Assembly: GCA_035637315.1 (NCBI GenBank)
Contig: DASPXK010000303.1
Span: 10,201 to 74,200 of the forward strand
Source of the DNA: Chloroflexota bacterium
Lineage (GTDB): Bacteria; Chloroflexota; UBA6077; JACCZL01
DNA: 64,000 nucleotides
Reading direction: 5' to 3'
Position numbers and translations under genes: made by a program. Below the pieces are notes generated by a model. The model was given only the letters and a program-made list of their open reading frames with translations, had not been told where the DNA came from and did no database searches. This document shows, in pieces, positions 35,820 to 45,334 of this stretch; within the stretch, counting starts at the first letter, position 1; the number at the start of each line of letters is the position of its first letter.

Positions 35820-37496
35820 ATGGCGATTGTCGAGAAAGAGCTCTTCACCTTCCCGCCGCCCAGCGCTGGCTCGCCGGTCGAATGGAAGGGGACTGTCCTA
35901 GGGCAGGGCAACGTCTTGACCCGTACAAAGAGCCGGACCAAGGTGCACGACAAGACGATCGACGCCAAGGCTGGTCTGCGCGAGAGACTCCTCGCTTCGG
36001 CCATGCGCTACATGGAGTCGCCCGAAGGCAAGCGCAAGACGCGCAACCACGATGTCATCGTCCACGGGATTCGCGTCCGAGCCCACACCAACAGCGACCA
36101 CCTGTTCGATTTCTGGGTGGACAACTGGTTCAGCCCCGAGGAGTGGAAGCGCGCGTCGGGCAAGGACGCGCCCGCCCAGCCACAGGTCGTCGTGTACGCC
36201 TTCGGCGACATCGCCGAAGAGCAGGAGGCGGCGTACTACAGCCACAGCACCAACACGATCATCTTCTTCAACACCTCGTACTACGGCCAGCTGAAGAGCT
36301 GGGTGCTCGGCGCGGTGGGACGTGTCCTGGCCGACGAGTACGGGATTCACTCTTTGCACGGCGCGGCCGTCGAGTTGTCTGGCAACAAGGGTGTGCTCTA
36401 CATCGCGCCGACCGGGACCGGGAAGTCCACCAGCTCCTACGGACTGATGAGGTTCGCGAATACGCGCTTTCACTCGGACGACTGGGTCTACGTTCGCTAC
36501 GTGTATCAGACCCGAGACGGGCGTCGGGTCGGCCCGCGCCGAATCGACACACCGGGTGGGGTCGTCCAGGGCTACCGCTGTTTCCGCTGGCTCGAGGAGC
36601 ACCGCGGCGTCGACGCCCCGATGATCGGTTTGACGCCCGACAACGAAGAGGTCACGCTGCGCACCTCCGACCTGTTGCTCGACGAGGGGGTCGAAGCCTA
36701 CACCTACATCTCCGAGAAGGTGTTCTATCTGCGCACGAATCTGGTCGAGAACTTCCCCGAGTCAGCGCTGGACATCATCAACTCCAAAAAAGAGAACGTC
36801 CCGGACGTGACGCCCGAGTTTCTCGAGGAGCATCGCGACCTGCTCGACGAGGTCAGCCGGCTGGTGATGAATGCCGATCATGAGCCCACCCGCCGCCACT
36901 TCCAGGCGATTGGCCAGCAGAAGACGCGTGAGGTGATGGCCCGTCTGTTCGCGTTCGACAATGCCCGCGCGATGCTCGAAGTGACGCCGGTCTTCGGGAA
37001 GGACCGCGTCTTCACTAACCCACTCGAGCCGTTGTTCGTGACGAGTGTCTTCTTGCTCAAGCGCGACTTCAACGACCGGCTGGTCATCGAGCGGCTGTCT
37101 CTCAATCGATTCATGGACCGGCTGCTGATTGGCGAGACGCCGATGGGGACACGTGAGATCGCCTACAACGCCTACCGGGCAACTGACGACGAGTCGGAGA
37201 AGAAGTACATCGCCTCGGTCGAGGAGAAGGCCGAGCGGGCCGGCCGCCCGATCTACCAGCTCCTCATGGAGCAGCGGGACGTGCCCGACTCGCTCCTGGA
37301 GGAGTTCGAGCTGTTCCGAGTCATGTACCAGGCCGCGGCATGCTTCGACCTCAACACCGTCCTCCAGAAGGACCCGCGAGTCAAAGACAAGATGGAAGCC
37401 GTCCGGCTGACGATGGATCTGATCGCGGGGGCAGTCAATCGACGGCCCGAGCAGCTCCGCTTGACTGTCGACGACTATCGGAGCTTCATTCCGTAG
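35820..37496 (+). CDS. divergent phosphoenolpyruvate carboxykinase (ATP)-like protein
   Basis: 558 aa; GGAGGA SD; hand alignment to the PckA core: YYGQLKSW ~ YGGEMKKG, P-loop [12 protein letters not shown] ~ [22 protein letters not shown] ~ IGDDEHGWD. Confidence 0.6.
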   Translation: MAIVEKELFTFPPPSAGSPVEWKGTVLGQGNVLTRTKSRTKVHDKTIDAKAGLRERLLASAMRYMESPEGKRKTRNHDVIVHGIRVRAHTNSDHLFDFWVDNWFSPEEWKRASGKDAPAQPQVVVYAFGDIAEEQEAAYYSHSTNTIIFFNTSYYGQLKSWVLGAVGRVLADEYGIHSLHGAAVELSGNKGVLYIAPTGTGKSTSSYGLMRFANTRFHSDDWVYVRYVYQTRDGRRVGPRRIDTPGGVVQGYRCFRWLEEHRGVDAPMIGLTPDNEEVTLRTSDLLLDEGVEAYTYISEKVFYLRTNLVENFPESALDIINSKKENVPDVTPEFLEEHRDLLDEVSRLVMNADHEPTRRHFQAIGQQKTREVMARLFAFDNARAMLEVTPVFGKDRVFTNPLEPLFVTSVFLLKRDFNDRLVIERLSLNRFMDRLLIGETPMGTREIAYNAYRATDDESEKKYIASVEEKAERAGRPIYQLLMEQRDVPDSLLEEFELFRVMYQAAACFDLNTVLQKDPRVKDKMEAVRLTMDLIAGAVNRRPEQLRLTVDDYRSFIP

Positions 37497-37509
37497 GGCG
37501 CCCCCTACG
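37494..37509. repeat. minimal REP-like palindrome GTAGGGCGCCCCCTAC (contains the TAG stop of the upstream gene)
   Basis: Direct reading of sequence. Confidence 0.7.
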
Positions 37510-37522
37510 TGCGGAGGGAACC

Positions 37523-38620
37523 GTGGCCTACGACGTGACCTTCATCCCGGGCGACGGGACCGGCCCGGAGATCATGGCTGCCACCCGCCGCGCGCTGGAA
37601 GCGACCGGCGTCTCATTTAAGTGGGACGTCCAGGAAGCGGGCATCCACATGATGCAGGCGCACGGCACCCCCCTGCCAGACCCTGTGCTCGAGTCAATCA
37701 AGCGAAACAAGGTCGCCATCAAAGGCCCGATCACCACGCCCGTCGGCAAGGGGTTCCGCAGCGTCAACGTCGCGCTCCGCAAGGCGCTCGACCTGTACGC
37801 CAACCTCCGCCCGTGCAAGACGTACAAGGGTGTCCGGACCCGCTATGACCACATCGATCTGATCGTCGTACGCGAGAACACCGAGGACCTTTACGCCGGC
37901 GTCGAGTTCCAGCTCAACGAGGAGGTCACCACCGACCTGATCGAGCACATCAACTCGCTTGGGGCTGGTAGGCTGCGGCCAGACTCGGCGATCAGCATCA
38001 AGGCAATTTCGGTCTTCGGAACGCGCCGAATCGTCAAGTTCGCCTTCGACTATGCGCGCGCAAACAAGCGCAAGAAGGTCACTATCGTCCACAAGGCGAA
38101 CATCATGAAGTTCTCTGATGGCCTGTTCCTACAGGTCGGCCAGGAGGTCGCCAGGGAGTACCCGGACGTCGAGGTAAATGACGTGATCGTGGACAACATG
38201 TGCATGCAGCTCGTCCAGAAGCCCGAGCTGTACGACGTGCTCGTCCTGCCCAACCTCTACGGCGACATCCTCTCCGACCTGTGCGCCGGCCTCGTCGGCG
38301 GGCTGGGGGTGGCGCCTGGCGCGAACGTCGGCGAGCTGGGCGCCGTGTTCGAACCGATCCACGGCAGTGCCCCGAAGTACGCCGGACAGAATCGGGTCAA
38401 CCCGACGGCGGCGATGCTCTCAGGCGTGATGATGCTGCGCCACCTCGGCGAGTCCGACGCCGCCGACCGCCTGGACGCGGCGATCGCCCGCGTGATCGCC
38501 GAAGGCAGGCGAGTGACTTACGACCTGAAGCCCCGCCCCGACGATTCGACCGCCGTAGGCACCTCCGAGTTCGCCGACGCGGTCATCGAGGCGATGCAGG
38601 CCGTCCCAGCCACAGCCTGA
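37523..38620 (+). CDS. isocitrate/isopropylmalate dehydrogenase family protein (likely NAD-dependent IDH)
   Basis: GTG 37523 with GGAGGG SD; [19 protein letters not shown] motifs. Confidence 0.85.
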   Translation: MAYDVTFIPGDGTGPEIMAATRRALEATGVSFKWDVQEAGIHMMQAHGTPLPDPVLESIKRNKVAIKGPITTPVGKGFRSVNVALRKALDLYANLRPCKTYKGVRTRYDHIDLIVVRENTEDLYAGVEFQLNEEVTTDLIEHINSLGAGRLRPDSAISIKAISVFGTRRIVKFAFDYARANKRKKVTIVHKANIMKFSDGLFLQVGQEVAREYPDVEVNDVIVDNMCMQLVQKPELYDVLVLPNLYGDILSDLCAGLVGGLGVAPGANVGELGAVFEPIHGSAPKYAGQNRVNPTAAMLSGVMMLRHLGESDAADRLDAAIARVIAEGRRVTYDLKPRPDDSTAVGTSEFADAVIEAMQAVPATA

Positions 38621-39080
38621 TCCCAGTCTCTCCGTCCCCGAACGCTCCGGCCATCCGGGCTGCCCACCAGACGACCAACGCGACGCCCGAGCCCAGGACC
38701 GCGCCCGCTAGCACCTGGGATGGCCAGTGCAGGCCGGTATAGACCCGTGCGACCGCGACCAGCGCCGCAAGCGTCAGCGCGGCGCTGCCCCAGCGTCGGG
38801 AGCACAGCATAATCGGGACGGCCAGCGCGAAGGCCGAAGTGGCGTGGCTGGAGGGCATGCCGGCGTCGGCCCTGTGCGCGATCAACTGGTGGACCTGGCT
38901 AACGGCAAATGGGCGCGCCTCGGGCGCCAACCGGCTGATCCCGCGCGCGATCCCGAGCCCAAGCAGCAGGGCCATCAGACCCGCGAAGACCGCGTGTCGG
39001 CCGGGCCGACCGCCGCGCCAGACCATCAGCACGAGCGGGATGGCGAACAAATAGATCGCATTCGCGGCCAGAAAGACCAT
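38583..39080 (-). CDS. PAP2-family phosphatase (undecaprenyl-diphosphatase-like)
   Basis: [10 protein letters not shown] and [13 protein letters not shown] motifs; a conserved-looking N-terminal extension (..ALNQTLFAALNGLAERWAWLDAL) lies upstream in frame without a start, and a GTG start appears if one C is added to the CCC run at about 39145. Confidence 0.7.
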   Translation of the reverse strand: MVFLAANAIYLFAIPLVLMVWRGGRPGRHAVFAGLMALLLGLGIARGISRLAPEARPFAVSQVHQLIAHRADAGMPSSHATSAFALAVPIMLCSRRWGSAALTLAALVAVARVYTGLHWPSQVLAGAVLGSGVALVVWWAARMAGAFGDGETGIRLWLGRPASPR

Positions 39081-39348
39081 CAGCGCGTCGAGCCATGCCC
39101 ATCGCTCCGCAAGCCCATTGAGCGCCGCGAACAGCGTCTGGTTCAGGGCCGCACCTCGCCTTACGTCAGGCTAGTTCGATCCGCACCGCGACGCCAAGGG
39201 AGCGGACGTCAGCGCCGAGCCCTGACGGTCGCGGTACGGAGCAATGGGCTCAGGATGACAAACGCCACGTCGCGGGCGCAAGTGGGTTTGGAGCCTTCAG
39301 GAGCCGTCCGTTAAACTCAGCCAGCGTGTCGATCCATCCGGCGACCGC

Positions 39349-42129
39349 GTGCCAACCGCTCCTGGTCCCGCCCTGTCGAGCAGCCGCGCCGCGGCCCCAG
39401 CCATCTCCGTGAGCGCCACCCGGCCGCTTGCCGCTTCGCCGCTTGGCGCGATCCGGCTGCGACCCGCGATCGACGCCCGATGGGTCGAAGCGGCGGCTGC
39501 AGTTTGCCTGATTGGCGTCGCGCTGGCTTTGCGTCTCGCCCACCTCTGGTCGATTCCCCAGTTCACGGACGAGACCCGCGAAGCATTGCTCGCCATCCAG
39601 GTCCTGCGCGGCGAGGATGCCGGGCTGGTCAACGTCGACGCCTACATTGGCGGACTGTATAACTGGCTGCTCGCGAGCATCTTTTGGTTGACGGGGCCGA
39701 GCGCAGCGGTGCCTCGGCTGGTGGTCGCGGTGGCCGGGGCGCTCACTGTCGGCGCCACCTACCTGCTGGCGCGAGATGTCGGGGGTCGACCGGCTGGACT
39801 GGCCGCCAGTGCGCTGCTGGCCTCTTCGGGCAGCCATATCCTCGCGAATGGCCATATTGCCTGGTCGCACTGTCTGACGCCGCTGTTCACCACCCTCGGC
39901 GCGTGGCTCCTGCAGCGGGCGGTTCGCGCTGGCCCGCCTCGGGCGGGTGGCGTGCTCGTCGGCAGCGGCCTTGCCTTCGGCCTGGCTCTGCAAACCCATC
40001 CCGCGACCCTCGTGCTGCTGCCCGGCGCGGCCATCTATATGGTCTGGTGGGGGCGAGCCTGGCTGAGGACCCGCTGGCCGTACCTGGCACTGCTGCTGTT
40101 CTTGCTCGGCTACGCGAATGTCGTGGCCTACAACGTCACGACCGGCGGCGAGTCGATCGCGTCGGCCGGCGAGATCCGTGAGCACTACGCGCGGGGCCGG
40201 CCCGTCCTGATCGATGCCACCACGTATCTATCAAATCAGTTGGTGCACGGCTTCATGCTGCTGCGTTATTTGGCGGGCGCGGTCGATGCGCGGGGCGACG
40301 CGGCGAGCTATTTGCTGGACCCCAGTCTCTGGTTGTACGCGGCCCTGGCCCTTGGCGGCCTGCTCCTGTGCAGTCGTGGCGGCGCACCCCTACCCTTGCT
40401 GATGGCGCTGTCGTCGGTGCTCATCCTGCCCTACTTCAACGAGCGGAAATACGTCCCCATCTCCGATGGCCGGTACATGATGCCGGTGTTGCCGCTGGCA
40501 TTCTGCGGGCTGGGCGTCCTGGGCGAGAGCTTGTGGCGTCGAGCCACGCCGACCGGGCATGTAGTTCGAGCGGCCTTGCTGCTAGGGCTGTTGCTTCTGG
40601 TCGCCTACCCGCTCGTCTTGCTCGGACGATACTTCGACCAGGAGATCAGTGCAGGACGAACCAACGACGAGCTCTTTCGGACGGTCGCGGAGGTCGGCTC
40701 GGCGCGACGACCACAGGAGGCCGTCCTGCTCGACATCGGCCTGCGCGACGTGAAGTTCGAGGGTGGCGGGACAGCGTTCCGCTCACTTCGCTTTCTCCTG
40801 GCCGGGTCCGGCATTCAGGACCGCTCCGTCGACAACCGGCTCGACTACGGCCGCCGCATGGGCGCAGGCACGAGCGCCCTGATTCTGATGGACGCGCCAG
40901 CGTTCCACCGCGTCGCGGCCGACCCGACACGGCTTCAAGCGCTTGGCGTCCAGACCGAAGCCGTCAGCGCGCCGCCCACCCCGCGCAGCTATGGCATCTA
41001 CCGCCTGGAGCGGCCCGGCTCGCTGGCGCAGCCGACCGGCGGGCCGACGCGCGCGACGCCCCAGCCCGCCAGCGCCGCTGGCCCGGTGCCGGTCGAGGTG
41101 ATCGCATCCGGGCTGGTCAACCCGCGCGGTATCGTCTTCACGCCGGATGGCAGTCTGCTCGTCGCGGAGGCTGGAGCAGGTGGGGCGCAGCTGATCGACG
41201 TCGGGCGAGACAAGCCTCACCAGATCGGGCGAAGCGGCCGCGTGACCCGCTTTTCTCCGAGCGGCCAACGCTCAACGTTGCTCCAGGGCCTGCCCTCAAT
41301 CGTCGACGCGATCGGCGAAGAGGTCGGGCCGACGGCGCTCGCCATGCTCGGAGATCACCTGTACCTGCTCACCGCGTCGGGTGGTTGGGACACTGGCGAT
41401 CCCGACTTCCACAGCGGGGTCTTCCTGGTCAGGCCAGATGGTAGCCTGGAGCGAATCGCCGACCTGTCCGCCTACACCCTCGAGCACCCGACACGCGCGC
41501 GCCTCGACGACCCGCGAGCCGACGTGCCAGCGGGCATGCCGTACGGCATGACGGCGATGAACGGCCGACTGTACGTGACCGAGGCCAACCAGGAACAGCT
41601 TCTTGGCGTCGGTCCCTCCGGCGAGGTGACTCGGATCACGGACTACCCGAAGTCTAACCGCGCCCTGACTGGGGTCGCCGCCGGGCCGGATGGCGCGTTG
41701 TACGTGGCCGAGTTCGCGGCAGCCAAGGTGACTCGGATCACCCTGGACGGCCAGATCACCGATGCGGCCACCAAACTCAAGACGCCGATCGGCGTCGCCT
41801 TTGACGTGCCCGGCTCGATGTACGTCCTGGAATACGGTGGCCGGGTGCTGCGCGCGGCACCGGTTGGCCAGGAGCAGCGGGACGTGCTGGCGGATGGGCT
41901 GCGCGAGCCGACCGGGATGGCATTTGGGCCAGACGGGAACCTGTACGTCTCGGTCTTCGGCCACAAGGCGGGGGGCGGCGAGGGCCAGATCGTGCGCCTG
42001 CGCCTCGCGCCGGCGGCGGGATCGGGCGGCAGACGCCTGGCGGCCGCGCTGTCGTGGCTGGCCGGGCTCGTGGTACTCGGTCTGGCTCTCGGCATCGGCT
42101 ACAAGTTTCGCCGCCGCGGAGCCGATTGA
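39349..42129 (+). CDS. fusion protein: GT-C (ArnT/PMT, GT39-like) glycosyltransferase membrane domain, beta-propeller (NHL/SMP-30-like repeats), C-terminal TM anchor
   Basis: 926 aa; multi-TM N-terminal half; repeated ..PRGIVFTPDGSLLVAEAG.., ..GPDGALYVAEF.., ..GPDGNLYVSVFG.. blades; terminal hydrophobic helix; start uncertain. Confidence 0.65.
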   Translation: MPTAPGPALSSSRAAAPAISVSATRPLAASPLGAIRLRPAIDARWVEAAAAVCLIGVALALRLAHLWSIPQFTDETREALLAIQVLRGEDAGLVNVDAYIGGLYNWLLASIFWLTGPSAAVPRLVVAVAGALTVGATYLLARDVGGRPAGLAASALLASSGSHILANGHIAWSHCLTPLFTTLGAWLLQRAVRAGPPRAGGVLVGSGLAFGLALQTHPATLVLLPGAAIYMVWWGRAWLRTRWPYLALLLFLLGYANVVAYNVTTGGESIASAGEIREHYARGRPVLIDATTYLSNQLVHGFMLLRYLAGAVDARGDAASYLLDPSLWLYAALALGGLLLCSRGGAPLPLLMALSSVLILPYFNERKYVPISDGRYMMPVLPLAFCGLGVLGESLWRRATPTGHVVRAALLLGLLLLVAYPLVLLGRYFDQEISAGRTNDELFRTVAEVGSARRPQEAVLLDIGLRDVKFEGGGTAFRSLRFLLAGSGIQDRSVDNRLDYGRRMGAGTSALILMDAPAFHRVAADPTRLQALGVQTEAVSAPPTPRSYGIYRLERPGSLAQPTGGPTRATPQPASAAGPVPVEVIASGLVNPRGIVFTPDGSLLVAEAGAGGAQLIDVGRDKPHQIGRSGRVTRFSPSGQRSTLLQGLPSIVDAIGEEVGPTALAMLGDHLYLLTASGGWDTGDPDFHSGVFLVRPDGSLERIADLSAYTLEHPTRARLDDPRADVPAGMPYGMTAMNGRLYVTEANQEQLLGVGPSGEVTRITDYPKSNRALTGVAAGPDGALYVAEFAAAKVTRITLDGQITDAATKLKTPIGVAFDVPGSMYVLEYGGRVLRAAPVGQEQRDVLADGLREPTGMAFGPDGNLYVSVFGHKAGGGEGQIVRLRLAPAAGSGGRRLAAALSWLAGLVVLGLALGIGYKFRRRGAD

Positions 42130-42138
42130 CGAGCGCGC

Positions 42139-42777
42139 TCAGGAGAGGCGGACCTCGATCGTCGTGACCAGCAGCGCGTCCTCACCCCACAGGGTCAGGC
42201 GGCTCGCCTCGGACGTGATCGGCACATGCGTCTGGTTATCCGGTCGCAGCACCGCTACCACCAGGCCGTACTCGCCAGGCGGCGTGCTCGGTGGGATCCG
42301 GATCCGCATCTCGTCCACGCTCCGATCGCCCCGACGCCAGCGACTGAGATAGTTCTTGCGTGGGCCGATCTGGTCGTCCTCTTTGCCCATCACGCGACCG
42401 TACGGCCCGACGATCTGCCCGAGCGATCGCAAATCTTCCTGGGAGACATCGTTCGCCAGCCAGTGGAACCAGATTCTGAGGAACTGCCCTGGACGCAGCG
42501 CTTCCTGCTCGACCGATACGCCCTCGAGTCGAACCGTGCGCCCAAAATCGACGTCCAGCCGAATCTGGGGCGCGCTGGGCGGGGTCGCCGGAGGGAGTGG
42601 CTCCGGCCTTCGAACCGGCCCCTGGCCCTCAGGCGTCGGGATGGGGAGCGAGCCCTGACAGGCTGCCAGGATTCCGGCCAATCCGGCGGCCAGGCCCGCG
42701 CCCATGAGCTGACGCCGCGTCAGAAACTGTCCGTTGGCTCTCCCAGACCGGTCGGATAGGCTCGGTGAACTGGGCAT
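42139..42777 (-). CDS. hypothetical lipoprotein with TAT-type signal
   Basis: TRRQLMGAGLAAGLAGILAAC lipobox. Confidence 0.5.
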   Translation of the reverse strand: MPSSPSLSDRSGRANGQFLTRRQLMGAGLAAGLAGILAACQGSLPIPTPEGQGPVRRPEPLPPATPPSAPQIRLDVDFGRTVRLEGVSVEQEALRPGQFLRIWFHWLANDVSQEDLRSLGQIVGPYGRVMGKEDDQIGPRKNYLSRWRRGDRSVDEMRIRIPPSTPPGEYGLVVAVLRPDNQTHVPITSEASRLTLWGEDALLVTTIEVRLS

Positions 42778-42935
42778 GAGGGCTAAGAAGCCGGGCGGCT
42801 AGTTCTCCACACGCCGGCGCTCAATATCGCGCAGCGCCAGCAGGCTGAGCTAACGTCAACTGCCAAACATGGCCGGCGCATAGGTTAACAGAAGTGCCGT
42901 CTGGGCACAAGCAGGCAGGTTCGGAGGTCCTGGGC

Positions 42936-44186
42936 ATGTATCGGTGGCCGATTCGGGTATTGGAGCCAACAGGGCTCCCCGAGCCCGATGGCGCCGGGCT
43001 TCTTGTCGAGATTCCCCCACGCGGGGCTGCCTTCACGCTCTCATGCCTGCTGCACCTCGGACATCCCGTCCATCTGGCCTTGATCGACGCGTACCTGGGC
43101 GGCAGTGTCCCTTTCCCGGACGGCGCCTCACTCGGCTCGGACAGCGGAGCTGTGCTCGCAAGTCTCGTCGGACCGCTCGTCGCCCTATACCAACACCAGA
43201 TCACAGTGGCCGGCCTGTCCGATGTGGTGCTCCTGCCGCCGCGGACGACGTCGGTGGGCCACTCGCGCTTTCTGCTTGTCAGAACGAACGATGAGCCCAT
43301 CTGGCTCAAGTGCACGTCGACCTCCCCCTTACGGCGAGTGGGGCGGCGCAGGATCCACGCGCCCTCCGCGTGGGGTGAGGTGCTCACTGGCCTGCCCGGC
43401 CACCGCGAAGTGCGCGAGCAGATCTCGGAGGGTACATGCCCGGCCCGCGTGAGAGTCGAGATTCACGGCCCCAGAGCCGTGTCCGGGACGCCGAACGCGG
43501 ACGCGCCGGGGCTCGCGCCCGCCCTTCGGGCAGTGGCGCTGGGGCGGGCCGGGCGGTGCCGGGCGGCTTCGGAACGGGGAATCTCAGCCCTCGACCGGAT
43601 CGCCGGCGACATCTCATACAACAAGGAGCCTGACGCCAGATCGCACGGGATGGGTCTGCTGGTGGACGCGGCGGCCGAGGCCGTCGCGCACGGGGTCCGA
43701 AGCGCCCGGGTTCGAGACCCCATTCGTCGCCAAGTGAGTCGATCGCCAGCGACGCGACGATCAGCCGCGGTGGCTCGCTCGCGGCCAGCGCTCGTTCAAG
43801 CCGATTTACCCGAATTCCTTTCTCGCGCCGACCTCGGAGAACGCGTTGCCGAGGCGATGATGGAGCACGACGGACTGGCCATCGACGCTTCGGTCAGCCT
43901 GGCGCCTGGGGCCGGCCCCACCCTGGCTCTTCTGCCCGACGCCGACCTCCACACTGATCGCGTCGTCACACGAATGCTCGGCGCGGCCTGGCAGACTGTG
44001 GAGACCCTGCTCGGGATCACGCTGGCAGAACGGCGGATGCAGTCGATCAGCATCCGACTGCTCGGGCCAAGCCGGTCGAGCGAGCTCGCGATCGGCTGGT
44101 CGCTCGTGTTGCCGCGCAACCGTCGCGTCTTCGCCGCCTGGGTGGGCACCGACGGGCGAGTCTTGATCCGGCTGGCCGCCTCGTAG
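42936..44186 (+). CDS. hypothetical protein (416 aa), no recognisable family
   Basis: ATG 42936 preceded by GGAGGT SD at optimal spacing; long uninterrupted frame; stop TAG lies inside a REP-like element. Confidence 0.45.
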   Translation: MYRWPIRVLEPTGLPEPDGAGLLVEIPPRGAAFTLSCLLHLGHPVHLALIDAYLGGSVPFPDGASLGSDSGAVLASLVGPLVALYQHQITVAGLSDVVLLPPRTTSVGHSRFLLVRTNDEPIWLKCTSTSPLRRVGRRRIHAPSAWGEVLTGLPGHREVREQISEGTCPARVRVEIHGPRAVSGTPNADAPGLAPALRAVALGRAGRCRAASERGISALDRIAGDISYNKEPDARSHGMGLLVDAAAEAVAHGVRSARVRDPIRRQVSRSPATRRSAAVARSRPALVQADLPEFLSRADLGERVAEAMMEHDGLAIDASVSLAPGAGPTLALLPDADLHTDRVVTRMLGAAWQTVETLLGITLAERRMQSISIRLLGPSRSSELAIGWSLVLPRNRRVFAAWVGTDGRVLIRLAAS

Positions 44187-44236
44187 GGGCAGGGCTTGCC
44201 CTGCCCTTCGGGGGCGCAGCAAGAAACGCCCCCTAC
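44183..44236. repeat. REP-like element GTAGGGGCAGGGCTTGCCCTGCCC..GGGCGCAGCAAGAAACGCCCCCTAC
   Basis: Direct reading of sequence; its two ends provide the TAG stops of both convergent flanking genes. Confidence 0.85.
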
Positions 44237-45324
44237 CGGATGGCCTCGGTCCTCCGGCCAGCGATCCTGTAGCGGTCAAAGTAGCGAAACAGCTGGTCTT
44301 CCGAGCGGAAGCACTTGGTCAGGTAGCGGGTGAAGAACGGCGACGGCTCGTTGTGCGGCAGCCAGACGCCGTACACGCGCTTGCCGGTCTGGAGCGCGTA
44401 GTTCATCTCGCTGATGACCCCCGGTGAAGGCACCATGGCGTCGTAAAAGACGATCACCATGTCCGACTGCGAGATCAACTTGTAGTCTCGAAACACGATC
44501 TGGTCGGCAATGTGCTGCAAGTCGCGCTGCGCGAAGACGGAGCCTGGCCGCGACATCGTCTCTTCCTGCATCACTATCGCTAGCTCGGTCGTGCCGTCCG
44601 ATCGACCCACGGCCGAGCCTTCGAGATCGAAGTCGTTGACGTCGGCCGGATCGAAGACAACCAGCCCTTGCTCGAGGCGGCGCTTGAAGGCCGCCAGCCC
44701 GCGCTCGGCGCCCACCTCGACGTGCTGCATGGGGTAGCTCAGGTAGGCGGTCCGGAGCTTCGGCTCGAACATGAGGCGGAACAGCGAGCGGGCCGGCATG
44801 GCACGACCCAGCAAGAACTGAGGCTTGTGGTGAATGCGGGCCATCTCCTCCGTGGCCCACTGCTCCTCCTCGCGCCAGATCAGAAGCTCCTCGATTGTCA
44901 TCTCCTCCCAGCGCGGATGCTGTTGAAGACGGTCTCGGACCGTAAGCACGCCGGCCGTGATCGTGACGTACATGTCTGGCTTGAGTCGACCGAGGTAGAA
45001 CGGGTCAAAGCCAGAGATCAGCGTATTCTTCCATCGAAAGACCGCGTGGGTATTGATGATCCAATGGCGGTGGCGGCCGGCTTGTTCGGACAGGCTTGAG
45101 ATCTTCTCCAGCGCCGCGGCCCGGAGAACGACTAGCGCGCGCGGAAACATGTCTAAGATCGTCTCTTCTTCGACCGGCTCGCCGACGTCCTGGGCGATCT
45201 GAAACATCGCCTCGCGAACGTCGAAGATCTCCAGCGCCCGGCCGGCCTCGCCCGCTAGATGTGCCACCTCTTCGAGGAAGCCGACCCGCTCGGTACCGCT
45301 AATGCCGGTACAAATTACGCGCAC
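44233..45324 (-). CDS. two-domain protein: N-terminal nucleotide-kinase-like region with degenerate Walker-A (GISGTER), C-terminal nucleoside 2-deoxyribosyltransferase-like (NDT/SLOG-fold) domain
   Basis: GTG 45324; C-terminal ..SDMVIVFYDAMVPSPGVISEMNYALQTGKRVYGVW matches the NDT-fold D-x-G-T-x-x-E..G-K-P-V signature by hand. Confidence 0.55.
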   Translation of the reverse strand: MRVICTGISGTERVGFLEEVAHLAGEAGRALEIFDVREAMFQIAQDVGEPVEEETILDMFPRALVVLRAAALEKISSLSEQAGRHRHWIINTHAVFRWKNTLISGFDPFYLGRLKPDMYVTITAGVLTVRDRLQQHPRWEEMTIEELLIWREEEQWATEEMARIHHKPQFLLGRAMPARSLFRLMFEPKLRTAYLSYPMQHVEVGAERGLAAFKRRLEQGLVVFDPADVNDFDLEGSAVGRSDGTTELAIVMQEETMSRPGSVFAQRDLQHIADQIVFRDYKLISQSDMVIVFYDAMVPSPGVISEMNYALQTGKRVYGVWLPHNEPSPFFTRYLTKCFRSEDQLFRYFDRYRIAGRRTEAIR

Positions 45325-45334
45325 AGCGTAGGCG

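Noticed and set aside
40368-41444. 358-aa plus-strand ORF
   Set aside because: Alternative frame inside the GT-C/propeller gene
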